NCBI GenBank assembly: GCA_048013815.1
Contig: CM106585.1
Location: 16,058,001-16,122,000, forward strand
Direction: 5' to 3'
Length of the DNA stretch: 64,000 bases
Source: Setoptus koraiensis
Lineage: Eukaryota; Animalia; Arthropoda
The translations under genes were made by a program, and so were the position numbers. Shown here piece by piece: positions 13,556 to 24,950 of the stretch. How positions within the stretch are numbered: the first letter of the stretch is position 1; each line of letters starts with the position of its first letter. Below the pieces are notes generated by a model. That model saw nothing but the letters and a program-made list of their open reading frames with translations, was not told where the DNA came from and ran no database searches.

Positions 13556-15525
13556 ATGGCGACAATCAACAAACGAAAAAGAAAACTCATGGACTATTAT
13601 CTTAGCAGCAACACTTGTTCGCCATCAAAATATTCCTCATCGTCGCCGTCGTCCTCATCGTCGTCGTCGTCATCATCATCCTCTTCTTCCTCCTCTTCCG
13701 CCTCGTCGACATCACTGACGTCGTCGTCGTCGCTAGTGCCAACACAACAACAACAACAACAGCACCAGCAGCAAATCAACCAAATACCTCAAAAGGAACC
13801 ACTCAAACACCCGCAGCCAACAACACCAGCAGGCCAAACAGACAGCCCCCAACAGAACAATAATTTGGCCCCAAATCAAATGTCCACAACATCAGCAGCA
13901 ACGCTCACAACAACAGCAACACCGACCCCAGCAAACGTAGCTACTAACTACAATAATGTTGTTGCGTCATCCACCAACATGGCAACAAACACCAGCACCT
14001 CGCAAGCAATAGTGGACTCCTATTTGAACATGATGACCAGCGATCAATTGTTGGCCATGACCATCACATTGTTTGACAATAATCAAACTTGTGCCTGGCC
14101 TAATTGTCACGAGACCGTGCAAGATTTTCAAGCTTTTATTAAACATTTGATTGGAACGCATAATCTTACAAAACAAAACAGCGAAATCACCACTAGGGAC
14201 ACATTTACTCAATTGAATATTGTTCAACAATTAGAAACTAATTACAACAAAGAAAGACTTAAATTAACTACTATGCTTCAACATTTGAATTATCTCACTG
14301 AAAAACCCACCATCAACACCACCGCTAACAACAACACCACATCCACATCCATTGATGGCGCCAATCCAGTCACAGTTGCATTGCCATTTACTAACAATAT
14401 TTTTGGTCAGCAACAACATGATCAGCAACATGATCTAATTCGCGATTCCGGCTTCTTGATGCCAAATAGCAGCAACAACAACAACAGATCAACACATGGA
14501 ACAACAATGATTAACAACCAAAACCTATTAGATAATAACAACATTAGCCGTTATAACACAAATAATTTAAATAATAATTATATAATTGATTACAGCAATA
14601 GTAATAATAATAACAACAACAATCTCCAATCAAAGCATAGTTACAATGATGCTACCAGTACTATTTTTCCTAATTTAAACCCAATTAGCGCCATAAAATT
14701 AAACAACAATCGATCCAATGTACTATATGACATTGAATTAGACGCCATACCAAGCCTATCATCTCTCATAGATAAGAATATAAACTTGATCTCTTTGGCC
14801 AACAATGACACAGGCCACGATTTTAGTAGATCATCAATAGACAAGGATCTAACAATGGGCGATAGAAACGATGGAGTTTCACCAATGATTGGCGGCGAAC
14901 CGTCTCATCAGCAATCGATATCACCATCCGAACGTCATGTCCGTGTCATGGAAAGGACCAATATAGATGTTTCCGATGGTAAGTACTTATTAACATAAGG
15001 AGCTGAAAAAATTCAACATTCTCCTCTAACCCTAATCAACTTAACTGACCGAATTCCTATATACTATCAACATATATGATCACATTATACATGTAGAGAT
15101 TGAAAAAAACAGAGAATACTATAGGACGGTCGACGTCAGGCCCCCATTTACATACGCCTCTCTTATCCGGCAGGCCATCAAGGAGGCAAGTGATGATCAA
15201 TTGACCCTAAATGAGATCTACAATTGGTTTCAGGATACGTTCTGCTACTTCAGGCGGAATGCCGCCACATGGAAGGTAACTATTGCAATATCAGCTTGAG
15301 CTTAAACTTGAGACGTAACTTACACTTGAACAACAACTAATCATTGCTCCATTATTTTTTTGTTTTGTTGATTCATTTCAGAATGCTGTCCGACATAATC
15401 TAAGCTTGCACAAATGTTTCGCCAGGCTGGAAAATGTCAAGGGAGCCGTGTGGACGGTGAATGATAATGAATTTTATCAGCGTCACGAGGGTTCCACCAC
15501 TAGGAATCCAAAAAAGATCATTTAA
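13556..15525 (+). CDS. FoxP: Forkhead box P transcription factor, 581 aa; join(13556..14978,15097..15275,15382..15525)
   Basis: C2H2 finger plus leucine zipper (CAWPNC...HLIGTH...VQQLE...[13 protein letters not shown]) and forkhead ([16 protein letters not shown]...[25 protein letters not shown]|[13 protein letters not shown]...GAVWTV). GT-AG introns at 14979-15096 (phase 1) and 15276-15381 (phase 0) keep the frame. AATAAA overlaps the stop. Confidence 0.95.
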
Positions 15526-15916
15526 ATAAATAGAATTATCCAGTATAATGATGAAAAAAAAACAATAGTTAATTAAATGAGTCCAACTAATTTAGAGGGT
15601 CAGTGACAGTTTGTGTTTTCGTCGCAAAAAAAAATGTGCAACAGTTTGAAACTCGCGCTTTATTCTGACAATACAAAGAGCGGGCTTTTTTATCATCACA
15701 CTAGTGCGCATTCCTCAACGGTTTTGGGTTCAATGATTGAACTTCAATCGAACTGACCATCATCAAATCCAACTTACCTGTTTGACGCCGTTTAATATAA
15801 ACTAGCCAATATATCATAGCATCTAATATAATCATAATCATCATAAATACCCCACCCCAGCCTCGCCATTATCAATTAATTTCTATTTACTCATACACCA
15901 ATCAATTAGTCAGGCG

Positions 15917-18196
15917 ATGGCAACAGAGATACCCCTAATTTGTTTATCAGACGATGAGGAAGAAGAATTCGAATTCTCAGACGATGTCATTGAATATCAT
16001 GAAACTCCTAGTCTACCAGTAATAAATTTACACAGCCAACCTAATTTACCTGACAACACCGAACCCAAAGTGGTCTTCTACAACAACATCGATTATGACA
16101 CCATATCGTCAATACGTTCGTCTCAGACCCCTCGCACGGAGATCCCCTATGACCCGAGCGTTTATTTCAATCAAAAATACAAATCAAATACAAAATCTTC
16201 CAGCAACTTGCATCCTAACGGGAATCACGGGTCAGATTCGTTCACCGATAACTTTCATCCTTCTAGAAATAACGGAACTAATTCATTTACCAATAACATC
16301 AATTCGAACAGGAATAATGGCTCAGATTCATTCACCTATGATCATCATTCTAGTAGGAATAATGGGACTGATTCATATACAAACAACTATCATTCTAGTA
16401 GGAATAATATGACTGATTCATATACAAACAACTATCATTCTAGTAGGAATAATGGGACTGATTCATGTACCAACAACCATTATTCTAGCAGGAATAATGG
16501 AACTAATTCATTCACCAACAATTATCACCCTAGCAGGAATGATAGAACTGATTCATTTACCAACAACCATAACTCTAGTAGGAATAACGGAACTGGTCAA
16601 TTTACCAACAATTATCATTCTACTAGGAACCATGAAAATGATTCATTCAACCACAATTACCATTCTGCCACGAAAGACGAAACAGATTCGTTTGCTGATA
16701 ACTTGCATCTTAAAGAGAATCAAGAAACCGATATATTCACCTACATATCAATTGATGATGATGCCAGCCAAAAGAATAGTGGTGACGATTCTCACCTAAA
16801 GAGAACAGATTTCGCCCATTCGGCCAAGCTTCGATCTATGTTTGAGTCTCAGTTCAAATTCAAGGGATTTAGGAAAAACCAGTTCGAGGCAATCAATGCA
16901 GCATGTTTAGGTTTCGATTGTCTCATACTGATGCCAACTGGTGGAGGAAAATCCATCTGCTATCAATTACCTGCCATGGTTGGAGGCGGCGTCACAATTG
17001 TGGTCTCCCCACTCAGATCATTAATAGAGGATCAAGTTAACAAGTTGAGAAAATTAAATATTAGAGCTTCCGCTCTTTCTAGTGAGACTCCCGATGATGA
17101 GCAAGAAATGATTTACAATGACTTGCGATCCAGCCAACCAGGCCATAAATTGTTGTATGTTACCCCAGAAAAGTTGAGTAAAAGTAAACTCATGTTGAAT
17201 GTTCTCCAGCATTTATATGAGTCGCAAAAATTAGATCGCTTCGTGATCGACGAGGCTCATTGCGTAAGCCAATGGGGTTTCGATTTCAGGCCCGATTATA
17301 GCAAATTAGGATCGTTAAGGAAAGATTTTCCTACAGTGCCAATCATGGCCCTAACCGCTACCGCACCGCCAAAAGTAAGGCGAGATATCATATCACAATT
17401 GCGAATGCGCGATGATAGAAACAAAGTTTTTATTCAAAGTTTCAACCGACCCAACATCAAGTTTGAAGTGAGGAAGAAGATTGGCAAAACCTCTACGAGT
17501 GAAATAATCAAATTGATCGACAAAAATTTCAAAAACCAATCTGGTATTATTTATTGTCTATCTAGGAATGATTGTGAAACCGTTGCTGCAGAGCTGAGAG
17601 ATAATGGTATCAAAAGTGTTCCCTATCACGCCGGATTGGACCCTGTGAAGAGACGAAATGTTCAAAATGGCTGGGACAAAAACATATGCAATGTCATTTG
17701 TGCAACAATTGCCTTTGGTATGGGTATAGACAAGCCAGACGTTAGATTCGTTATTCATTATTCTATTCCTAAATCCATTGAAGGCTACTATCAAGAAGCT
17801 GGCCGTGCCGGACGTGACGGTGAGTTATCGCATTGTATTTTGTATTACAACGGAGGGGACATAGTTAGAATGAAGCACATGCTTAGGAGGAGCGGCGGTT
17901 TCGGTAACAAAGGACCTAATTTGGATGAAACTAATCTCAATCAGATCGCATCATACTGCCAGAATACTAAGGAATGTCGCCGTGCTTATCTATTGAGATA
18001 TTTAGGTCAGAAATTTGATCCCATAAACTGTATTTCAAACAGAGAAACAGCTTGTGATAATTGTTTGCGCAAGGAGCTTAAAGGGGGTTGCGATGAAAAT
18101 GATGAAATCTCGCCGAGTCAATCTGTCTATTTTAGTGAAGCAAGAAGTGCAAAGAAGCCCTTCTATTGCAGAAAAAAGCAGAAGACCACGACGTAG
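15917..18196 (+). CDS. BLM: RecQ-family DNA helicase, Bloom (BLM)-like, intronless, C-terminally short, 759 aa
   Basis: FRKNQFEAINA, MPTGGGKSICYQLPA, SPLRSLIEDQV, FVIDEAHCVSQWG, MALTATA, SGIIYCLSR, CATIAFGMGIDKPDVRFVIH, YYQEAGRAGRDG, and an RQC Zn motif (CRR...C...CDNC). Confidence 0.85.
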   Translation: MATEIPLICLSDDEEEEFEFSDDVIEYHETPSLPVINLHSQPNLPDNTEPKVVFYNNIDYDTISSIRSSQTPRTEIPYDPSVYFNQKYKSNTKSSSNLHPNGNHGSDSFTDNFHPSRNNGTNSFTNNINSNRNNGSDSFTYDHHSSRNNGTDSYTNNYHSSRNNMTDSYTNNYHSSRNNGTDSCTNNHYSSRNNGTNSFTNNYHPSRNDRTDSFTNNHNSSRNNGTGQFTNNYHSTRNHENDSFNHNYHSATKDETDSFADNLHLKENQETDIFTYISIDDDASQKNSGDDSHLKRTDFAHSAKLRSMFESQFKFKGFRKNQFEAINAACLGFDCLILMPTGGGKSICYQLPAMVGGGVTIVVSPLRSLIEDQVNKLRKLNIRASALSSETPDDEQEMIYNDLRSSQPGHKLLYVTPEKLSKSKLMLNVLQHLYESQKLDRFVIDEAHCVSQWGFDFRPDYSKLGSLRKDFPTVPIMALTATAPPKVRRDIISQLRMRDDRNKVFIQSFNRPNIKFEVRKKIGKTSTSEIIKLIDKNFKNQSGIIYCLSRNDCETVAAELRDNGIKSVPYHAGLDPVKRRNVQNGWDKNICNVICATIAFGMGIDKPDVRFVIHYSIPKSIEGYYQEAGRAGRDGELSHCILYYNGGDIVRMKHMLRRSGGFGNKGPNLDETNLNQIASYCQNTKECRRAYLLRYLGQKFDPINCISNRETACDNCLRKELKGGCDENDEISPSQSVYFSEARSAKKPFYCRKKQKTTT
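16211..16750 (+). repeat. Coding tandem repeat: ~12 copies of a 45-bp / 15-aa unit (HSSRNNGTDSFTNNY consensus) in the RecQ N-terminus
   Basis: Units read directly from the translation and DNA (cattctagtaggaataatgggactgattcatatacaaacaactat). Confidence 0.9.
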
Positions 18197-19248
18197 TCAG
18201 AATGATCAAGATCGCCTATTATTCTGATAAATGACCAGAAATTATTATAAAAAGATGTCGTATGCACCATATGATTGTTAGATATATTTTGACGGTCATT
18301 TTTAATCCAAAATGTCATCATGAATTTCTCATGACTAACAACAAAAGTTCAATTTTTCTATGACCTTGTCTACTCTATCGTCTATCACGACTGGCTCACT
18401 GGTAATGTGCACCGCAATTTGATATCTTTCTCTTTCTGCCGACTGGCTCACGCTTAGCTTGGTGGTCATAATTAGACATGTAGCTTTTTGTGTAACTATT
18501 GTGTAACTATTATGACCTCCAGCAAGTTGACTTGTGTGTGTGGCTTGGCACTAACAAGTTGAGATAAGCAACCTGGTGTTCTTTTCGAAGTTCGAACTTC
18601 GAACGCTCTAATCGACCGTTAGTGGAGAGGGCCGCGTGCACCGCCAGGGGACGCTCCGCAAAGATGGATTGCGCTTGGATCCATTTGTGTGTGATCACTG
18701 ACCAACTATGGGGCAATTGATGGTGGCCAGTGATATAAGTTGTTAGTGATGATGAACTAATGATTGTGTGAATACTCTAGATATGCCAGACACTAGGTAC
18801 ACACTTTCAATTCTTTGGCCAGATGAAAATTTCAAGTTATTTGAAGAGATGGATTTTCATCATGTTGCTGCGAAGATGATGATGATGAATTTCGGTCAAA
18901 AGTGGTTTCTTTAGCGCCAATTGTTGTATTGTTTGATGTTATGATGGCGACTACGACGACGACGACGGTGATGCTGATGCTGATGATGATGCTGATGATG
19001 TTGATGATGATGTGAGAGAATCGGCATCAGATGATGTGAATTCTTTTCTACTAGCCGCTAATGTCCGTTTATATTTAACCCTTGTTGGAGCTTGTTGCTC
19101 GAACACACACACACACACACATAGACACACGGCCGAGCGAAGTGAACTATGGCGAGCGATGGTCTTACCACTATCTAATCACTTTCAATTTGCTGGTCAT
19201 GTCCAATTTGTACTACTCAGCGAAGTTCGAACTCATTCTTAAATGTGC

Positions 19249-19283
<35 letters not shown>

Positions 19284-21697
19284 TATCTGGCATGTGTGTG
19301 TGTGTGTATGCGATCAGTGTCATATTACTGGACCACTTGAGGAGTTACTAGTTCACACTGGTTGGTGTCTCAAGTGAAAATTGGAAAACTTTTCAGTCGC
19401 CTGTATGTGTCTGTATGGACGAGTATCCGCGGGCAACGGTTGCGCCAGTGGACATTTGAATTGTTTAATATCGCACATCTTAAACAACCAACTCGAACAG
19501 CGGCGGCTCAAATGGACAGCGTTATTTAATTTGAATACACGAACAATTTTAGCAAATCAAGCTAGACAGCGAGAGAAAATGAATGTGTGAAGTGTGCTAC
19601 GAATGAGCGTCGTTATTGCGCAATCGATTAGAACTGGAGGATATATCACACGCAATTGTAATATTGAGCCAACATTCAACAGGTGCAACATACTTGTTGA
19701 GATTATTGCAACTTGCAACAGATTGTTCAGCGTCGAGCGTTTTGGTTGGTGCTTGACCAGCCAAAGTAGGCACATTGGCTGTAATTGTTGAGACTGAGCG
19801 GCTGAGTTGCTGAGTTGACCGCTGGCCAGTGGTCAGTGGTCACAAGACTGAGCGGCGGCCAGTGGCGAAAATAAAGTACATATTTCATAAACGAAATATG
19901 TGCAATGATATTCAGAGAAGCAATTGGCAATTTCGCAAAGACGAACGACGAAGAAGCGAGAAACAATTCGTTGCGAACACCCAACAGTCAACCGCCGGCC
20001 GCGAGCCACAAAACGAGATCGGGCGCCAACCGACAGATTAACAAGTGCCTTTAACGAGGGCCGCTATCAACCGGCGTTTCAAAACAACATTCGTGTCACC
20101 GTGCGCCGACCAGGCACCACGGTGCCCCCTCCCCCGCCCGATGCCTGCAACCTGTTGCAACTGGCCGGGCAGCGCTGGCAACGAGACAGGGTCAGACGGC
20201 CGACGGCGGCGGCGGCGGCGGCGGGCAGAGGCGGCAAGAGGAGAAACTTTTCGTTGGCCGTTACGCAATCCTTGTTGTTGTTGCTGTTGCTGCTGCTGCT
20301 GCTGTTGTCAGTGTTGTTGTTGCTGTCATGCAACAAAACTAGCAGCAGCATTGTTGCAGCAGCGACAAGACAACGGCACAATACCGTTACTTTGTGTGTG
20401 TGTGTGTTCGTACTCCAACAGTGTGTGTGCAACTGACAGGAGCGAGCTTGCCAGTGTGCATGACGCAACAGCTTGACGGCTGCATCACCTGACGGGGCAA
20501 GAGCATTCGCGGCGCCAGGCAACAGTAACAAGAGCGCTCGACAATAGGACAAGACGACAAGCGACAGTTTTCAGGTAGACAGACGCGCTCGCTCGCATTG
20601 ATAATTTTCGGTCCGTTAATGGCACTTGTCGACGCCAGCAGCAGCAGCATCTATACACCATAATACAAGCGTATAATACCAACGACACAACGGGAGCCCA
20701 ACGGACAGCGCTCGGTTTTTGGCCAAAGTCTCAACAAAGTCAACATAAACCAATTTACAACCAACTCAAATAAGTGCTCGCAACAAATATTCAAGACAAG
20801 TCGCCGATTGTGCAATAGTCAATTGCGCCCATCATCGATTAGCCCATCATCGATTGGGCAACAGCATCATAGGCAACGGCCCTCTGTTACATGATAATAA
20901 TATCACCTTGTTGTAACATCATCTTTGCGGGCAAGTTGATTTTTGCCGCCGTTAGTTGGCCCTGTAGTGCATTAGTAGTGGTGGCATTATCATTGCCAAT
21001 TGAGTGCTTCAAAGTTGCATCACTGTCACAACTTGTGACACTGTCAAAAATAACCGTGTCGAGCAACGGTCACTGGCAAACTGCTGTCCGCACACACACC
21101 AAGCAACCAAAGTAGCCCAATAGTGATAATTAGAGTAGAACAACAAGCGGCCTTGGCAACAATTGTGTGCATCGCATTGAACGGCCACCGATTGCATCAC
21201 TTGTTTTGGGCCTGCGACGGAGACAACATCAATTAGCAATTAGCTGTCGCTGTTCCTCCTCACAAGCAGCAGCAGCAACAACAACAACGACAACAACAAC
21301 GACAACAACAACGACAACAACAACAACGACAACAACAACGACAACAACAACGACAACAAGCAACGAAAAGACTGGAAAATGATAATGTTCCAGTTGCAGC
21401 AAACAAACTAATAGAGCATAAAGACTAGAGAATATTCATATTGTCACTAATTAACTGCTGCCACCACTCACACAGCCAGTTGGCGACTCACTTAGGCGGC
21501 CAATAACTGCTGGCTCAGTGTGACCTTGTTGCTGCTGCCGCACCGATGTTTTGTTGTCGTGATTTTCTGGCCTCGTCTCGTCACTGGAGTGGCTAGTTGC
21601 TCAGTTGTCCAATTCGAGGCTGTGTCAGCAGCGCAAAATATACAATAGCGCAAAATATCCACGACCATATATCGACAACCATCAATTCGGCCAACCT

Positions 21698-21763
21698 GCA
21701 ACCTGACAGCGGCCAGCAAGCAACCCGACAGCGGCCAGCAAGCAACCTGACAGCGGCCAGCAA
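21698..21763. repeat. 22-bp minisatellite x3 (gcaacc[t/c]gacagcggccagcaa)
   Basis: Direct reading. Confidence 0.9.
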
Positions 21764-22288
21764 GCGAACGCGCCCAAATGTTAGCCGGTGGCACTGTCGC
21801 CAATTACCAATTGTCAGTCAGCGTTTGTCATCATCGGCATGATAATTGCGAGCATCAATCCGACCTGAGCAAGCAAACAACAAATTGTATTAATTGTTGC
21901 CGTAATCAATCCGCAAACAATGGTCTCGCCGACAGCAATCACATCATGTGGGCACTGTAACGGTCAGCAGTCGAGACTGGCTATGAAGCCGTCGAAGAGA
22001 AGGAAACGAAGAAAAGACATACTAGTGTACAACGAGGCCATTTCATGCAGTATCATTCGCGCAAATTCTAATCACGTAATAAATCAGAGCCGCTTACACA
22101 CAACAGATCGACAACGACACAATAATCAACAGCAACACTGCCCACGGGCGTGTTCATTAAATTCATTCATGTTTCCTAATTATAATTATAAATCATCAAT
22201 TAACGCGACCATAATATGTTCACATGACAATAGCGACACAAATACTCGCCACTCAACACAAACAAATATCATCACAACGGCCGGCAGC

Positions 22289-22346
22289 ATGAAGAGGAGC
22301 AACAAGTGGCACAAGTTGTATTTGTTGCTGCTAATTGCAATCATAG
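22289..22346 (+). CDS. Exon 1 (signal peptide) of a giant secreted low-complexity protein
   Basis: MKRSNKWHKLYLLLLIAII (basic n-region plus hydrophobic core), followed directly by a consensus donor G|GTAAGT at 22347 (phase 1). Confidence 0.75.
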
Positions 22347-22498
22347 GTAAGTAGACACACAAACATAATTTAATGAGGCGACTGACAAACTAGATCTGAT
22401 AAGGCAACCGACAAACTAGATCTGATGAGGCCACTAACAAACTAGATTTTGTAAACTAACGAACCCGATCCTCTTTTGACAAACATCGCTCGCAACAG

Positions 22499-23142
22499 CT
22501 GACAATTCACATGGCGCCAACTATGCAAACAACAACGACGACAGGCCAAACGAGCATGCAAACTATAATCACAATCAAAATTCCATGGCGTCTAGCTCAA
22601 TCGGAGAGAGTAGCAATCAGCGGTTGGATTCAGCCAGTTCATTGGATCATGCACACGAAAATCGTCATGGCAAAGACGACAACAACAACAACAGCGACAC
22701 TACGGCCTGGTTATCGTTGTTAAACAGCTCAAGCAGATTAAGATCAGACCCGGCCAAGGCCTCTGCAACTACACTAAGCGACGGCCACAATAACAATGGC
22801 ACAACAGCAGCAACAACACCAGCAGCAACAACAACAACAACAACTACGACAACGACAACAACATCAACAAACCATGATGCTAGTGCAACAACCGAGCCAA
22901 CAACAAAAGATGATGATGATGACGCAACTACTGTCTATGCGATTAATAAGGTGTTACACACAGGCCATAGAGGCACACAGGTATCTGGAGCGGTATCGTA
23001 TGACGATATTGCAACAACAATCGCTCTTTCAGCCGCTAGTGCCGCTAATCAGCAGCAGCAGCATCACGACATTCAAGACCAACAACAACAACAACAACAG
23101 CAACAACAACAGCAACAACGACAACGACAACAACAGCAACAG
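22499..23142 (+). CDS. Exon 2 of the giant secreted protein (Thr/Gln/Asn/Asp-rich)
   Basis: Branch-like ACTAAC (~22455) and CAG acceptor at 22496-22498. G+CT gives Ala, in frame with the 22585 ORF. The exon ends CAG|GTGAGT (phase 0) at 23142. Confidence 0.75.
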
Positions 23143-24850
23143 GTGAGTTTTTTCATTTTCAATTCAATAGCCAATAATGAGTGGAGGCAAATCAATTGCA
23201 ATCAATTGAGTTGTTGGTCTTTTGTAGACGAAACCAAAGACGAGAATAGCTGCCCGGCCGCTTGCCGTTGAACGTTGATCTCTCGAGAGTTGCGAGTCAG
23301 AAGGTCGGCGCGGCTTGATGAACTTGCAGCAAAAAGACAATATGTCACTAGGGTTACTTTCGCCCTCTGCTGCTGTCAATACGACAGTTATATATATATA
23401 GCGCGCAACATTGGAGCACTGGACATGGCACAAACACAACGGGGCAACCCAGATCAATTGTTGCGACTTTGTATTTGTGGCCATTGTGACAAGTGGGCCA
23501 CATTATTATTATTATTATTATTATTATTGCTGTTGTTATTATTATGCTGATCGGTGTGCGTTCGGTGTGGAGCTCATCAATGGCCAGTTATTTCGCCATT
23601 GATGAGCCATCGAGTGTGTACGCACTGTGACAAATGACAATGCCAGCGTCAGCTGACCAGCATCTTTTGACAGGCCCACCAATGACCAATGTCACTGTCA
23701 CTGCTGTCACATTGACAAAGAGCCCTGGTGACCAGTGGTCACTGTCACCTGAGTGCCGCACACAACAGTCTGTTTGTGCGCCGTGGGCAGCTTGATTGCG
23801 CAGCTTGCGTCATTTATGCAAATAAACACACACACACACACACTCACATTGTGACACTGAAAACACTGTTGCGCAATGGTAGCGACACTCAACTGACCAA
23901 CTGGACGCCAACGAGTTTCAAACTGGCCAATTAACTGGCTGGAAAATAAACAAAATTTCAAGTGAGCGCTTGCAAATATTTGTCTCAGTAATTGTTTTAT
24001 GTCGTCCGAGCAGCCGACCGAGTTAGCTCGGCATAGTGCATAATTGTTGCTGGCGCCATTGTCGCAGCCATGACACAACACACGACACAACACACGACAC
24101 AACACACGACACAACACATAATGTGACACATGATGTGATACATGATGTAATATTGTGCCGCATTCCAGTGCAGTATTACATCATACATTATGCAGCGTGC
24201 GGTGTTAGACATCGCATGCAGGTGAGCACATATCTCACACTGGTTAGACACTGGTGCCCAACTAGTTATATTTAATTGCATCTTGGTGTTGTGAGTGTGT
24301 CCAATGGCAGCGCTCAGTTAATTTGATTAGAGCTTAGATTAGATTTGAGTGGAATGCGCATTGCGTCATATCTGTGGGGCTAACAAGTTTTGAGAGGTCG
24401 CAAAGACTCTGCCAAAGACTCTGCCAAAGACTCTGCCAAAGAGACGACAAACGATGAAAGTAAACAAACAAACGGCCGTGAGACAGATCCAGTGACAGTA
24501 GACAGAGCGAGACACAGTGTGCGGGGGAGAGCGAGAGTTCTCATCGAGATATGACCAACAAGACGCCAGCGATGACCCAAATGTCATCTGGTGCAAACAA
24601 ACTGCATTCAACTCTCTCTGTCTCTCTCCGTGTGCGACTTTCCCGATCACTGACAGTTCACAATTTGAACTTCATAACTCGAAATATCCCAACATCGTCA
24701 GTCACATATGTATGTATAGCTATAACTGTCATTGGGTAGACGTATTGTCACTTTCTTCTCACACACTCTGGCTGTCGTTACATTTATACATTGTTTGTAT
24801 TCTCAGCGGCTCGGGCTAATTGGCTCAGCGACGAAAATGAGCTCGCTCCC

Positions 24851-24950
24851 AAAAATGCCCGCCACTAAAATGCCCGCTACTAAAATGACCGCTCCCAGAA
24901 ATGGCCGCCACTGAAATGGCCGCCACTGAAATGGCCGCTACTAAAATAGC
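24851..24950. repeat. 15-bp minisatellite x~7 ([a/g]aaatg[g/c/a]ccgc[c/t]ac[t/c]); three copies contain GCCAT(TT) YY1/Pho-type sites on the minus strand
   Basis: Direct reading; the motif match is from the known YY1/Pho consensus. Confidence 0.85.

Noticed and set aside
16211-16750. Regular 45-bp repeat superficially CRISPR-like
   Set aside because: The units are contiguous with no unique spacers, in frame within a eukaryotic helicase, and no cas genes are present.
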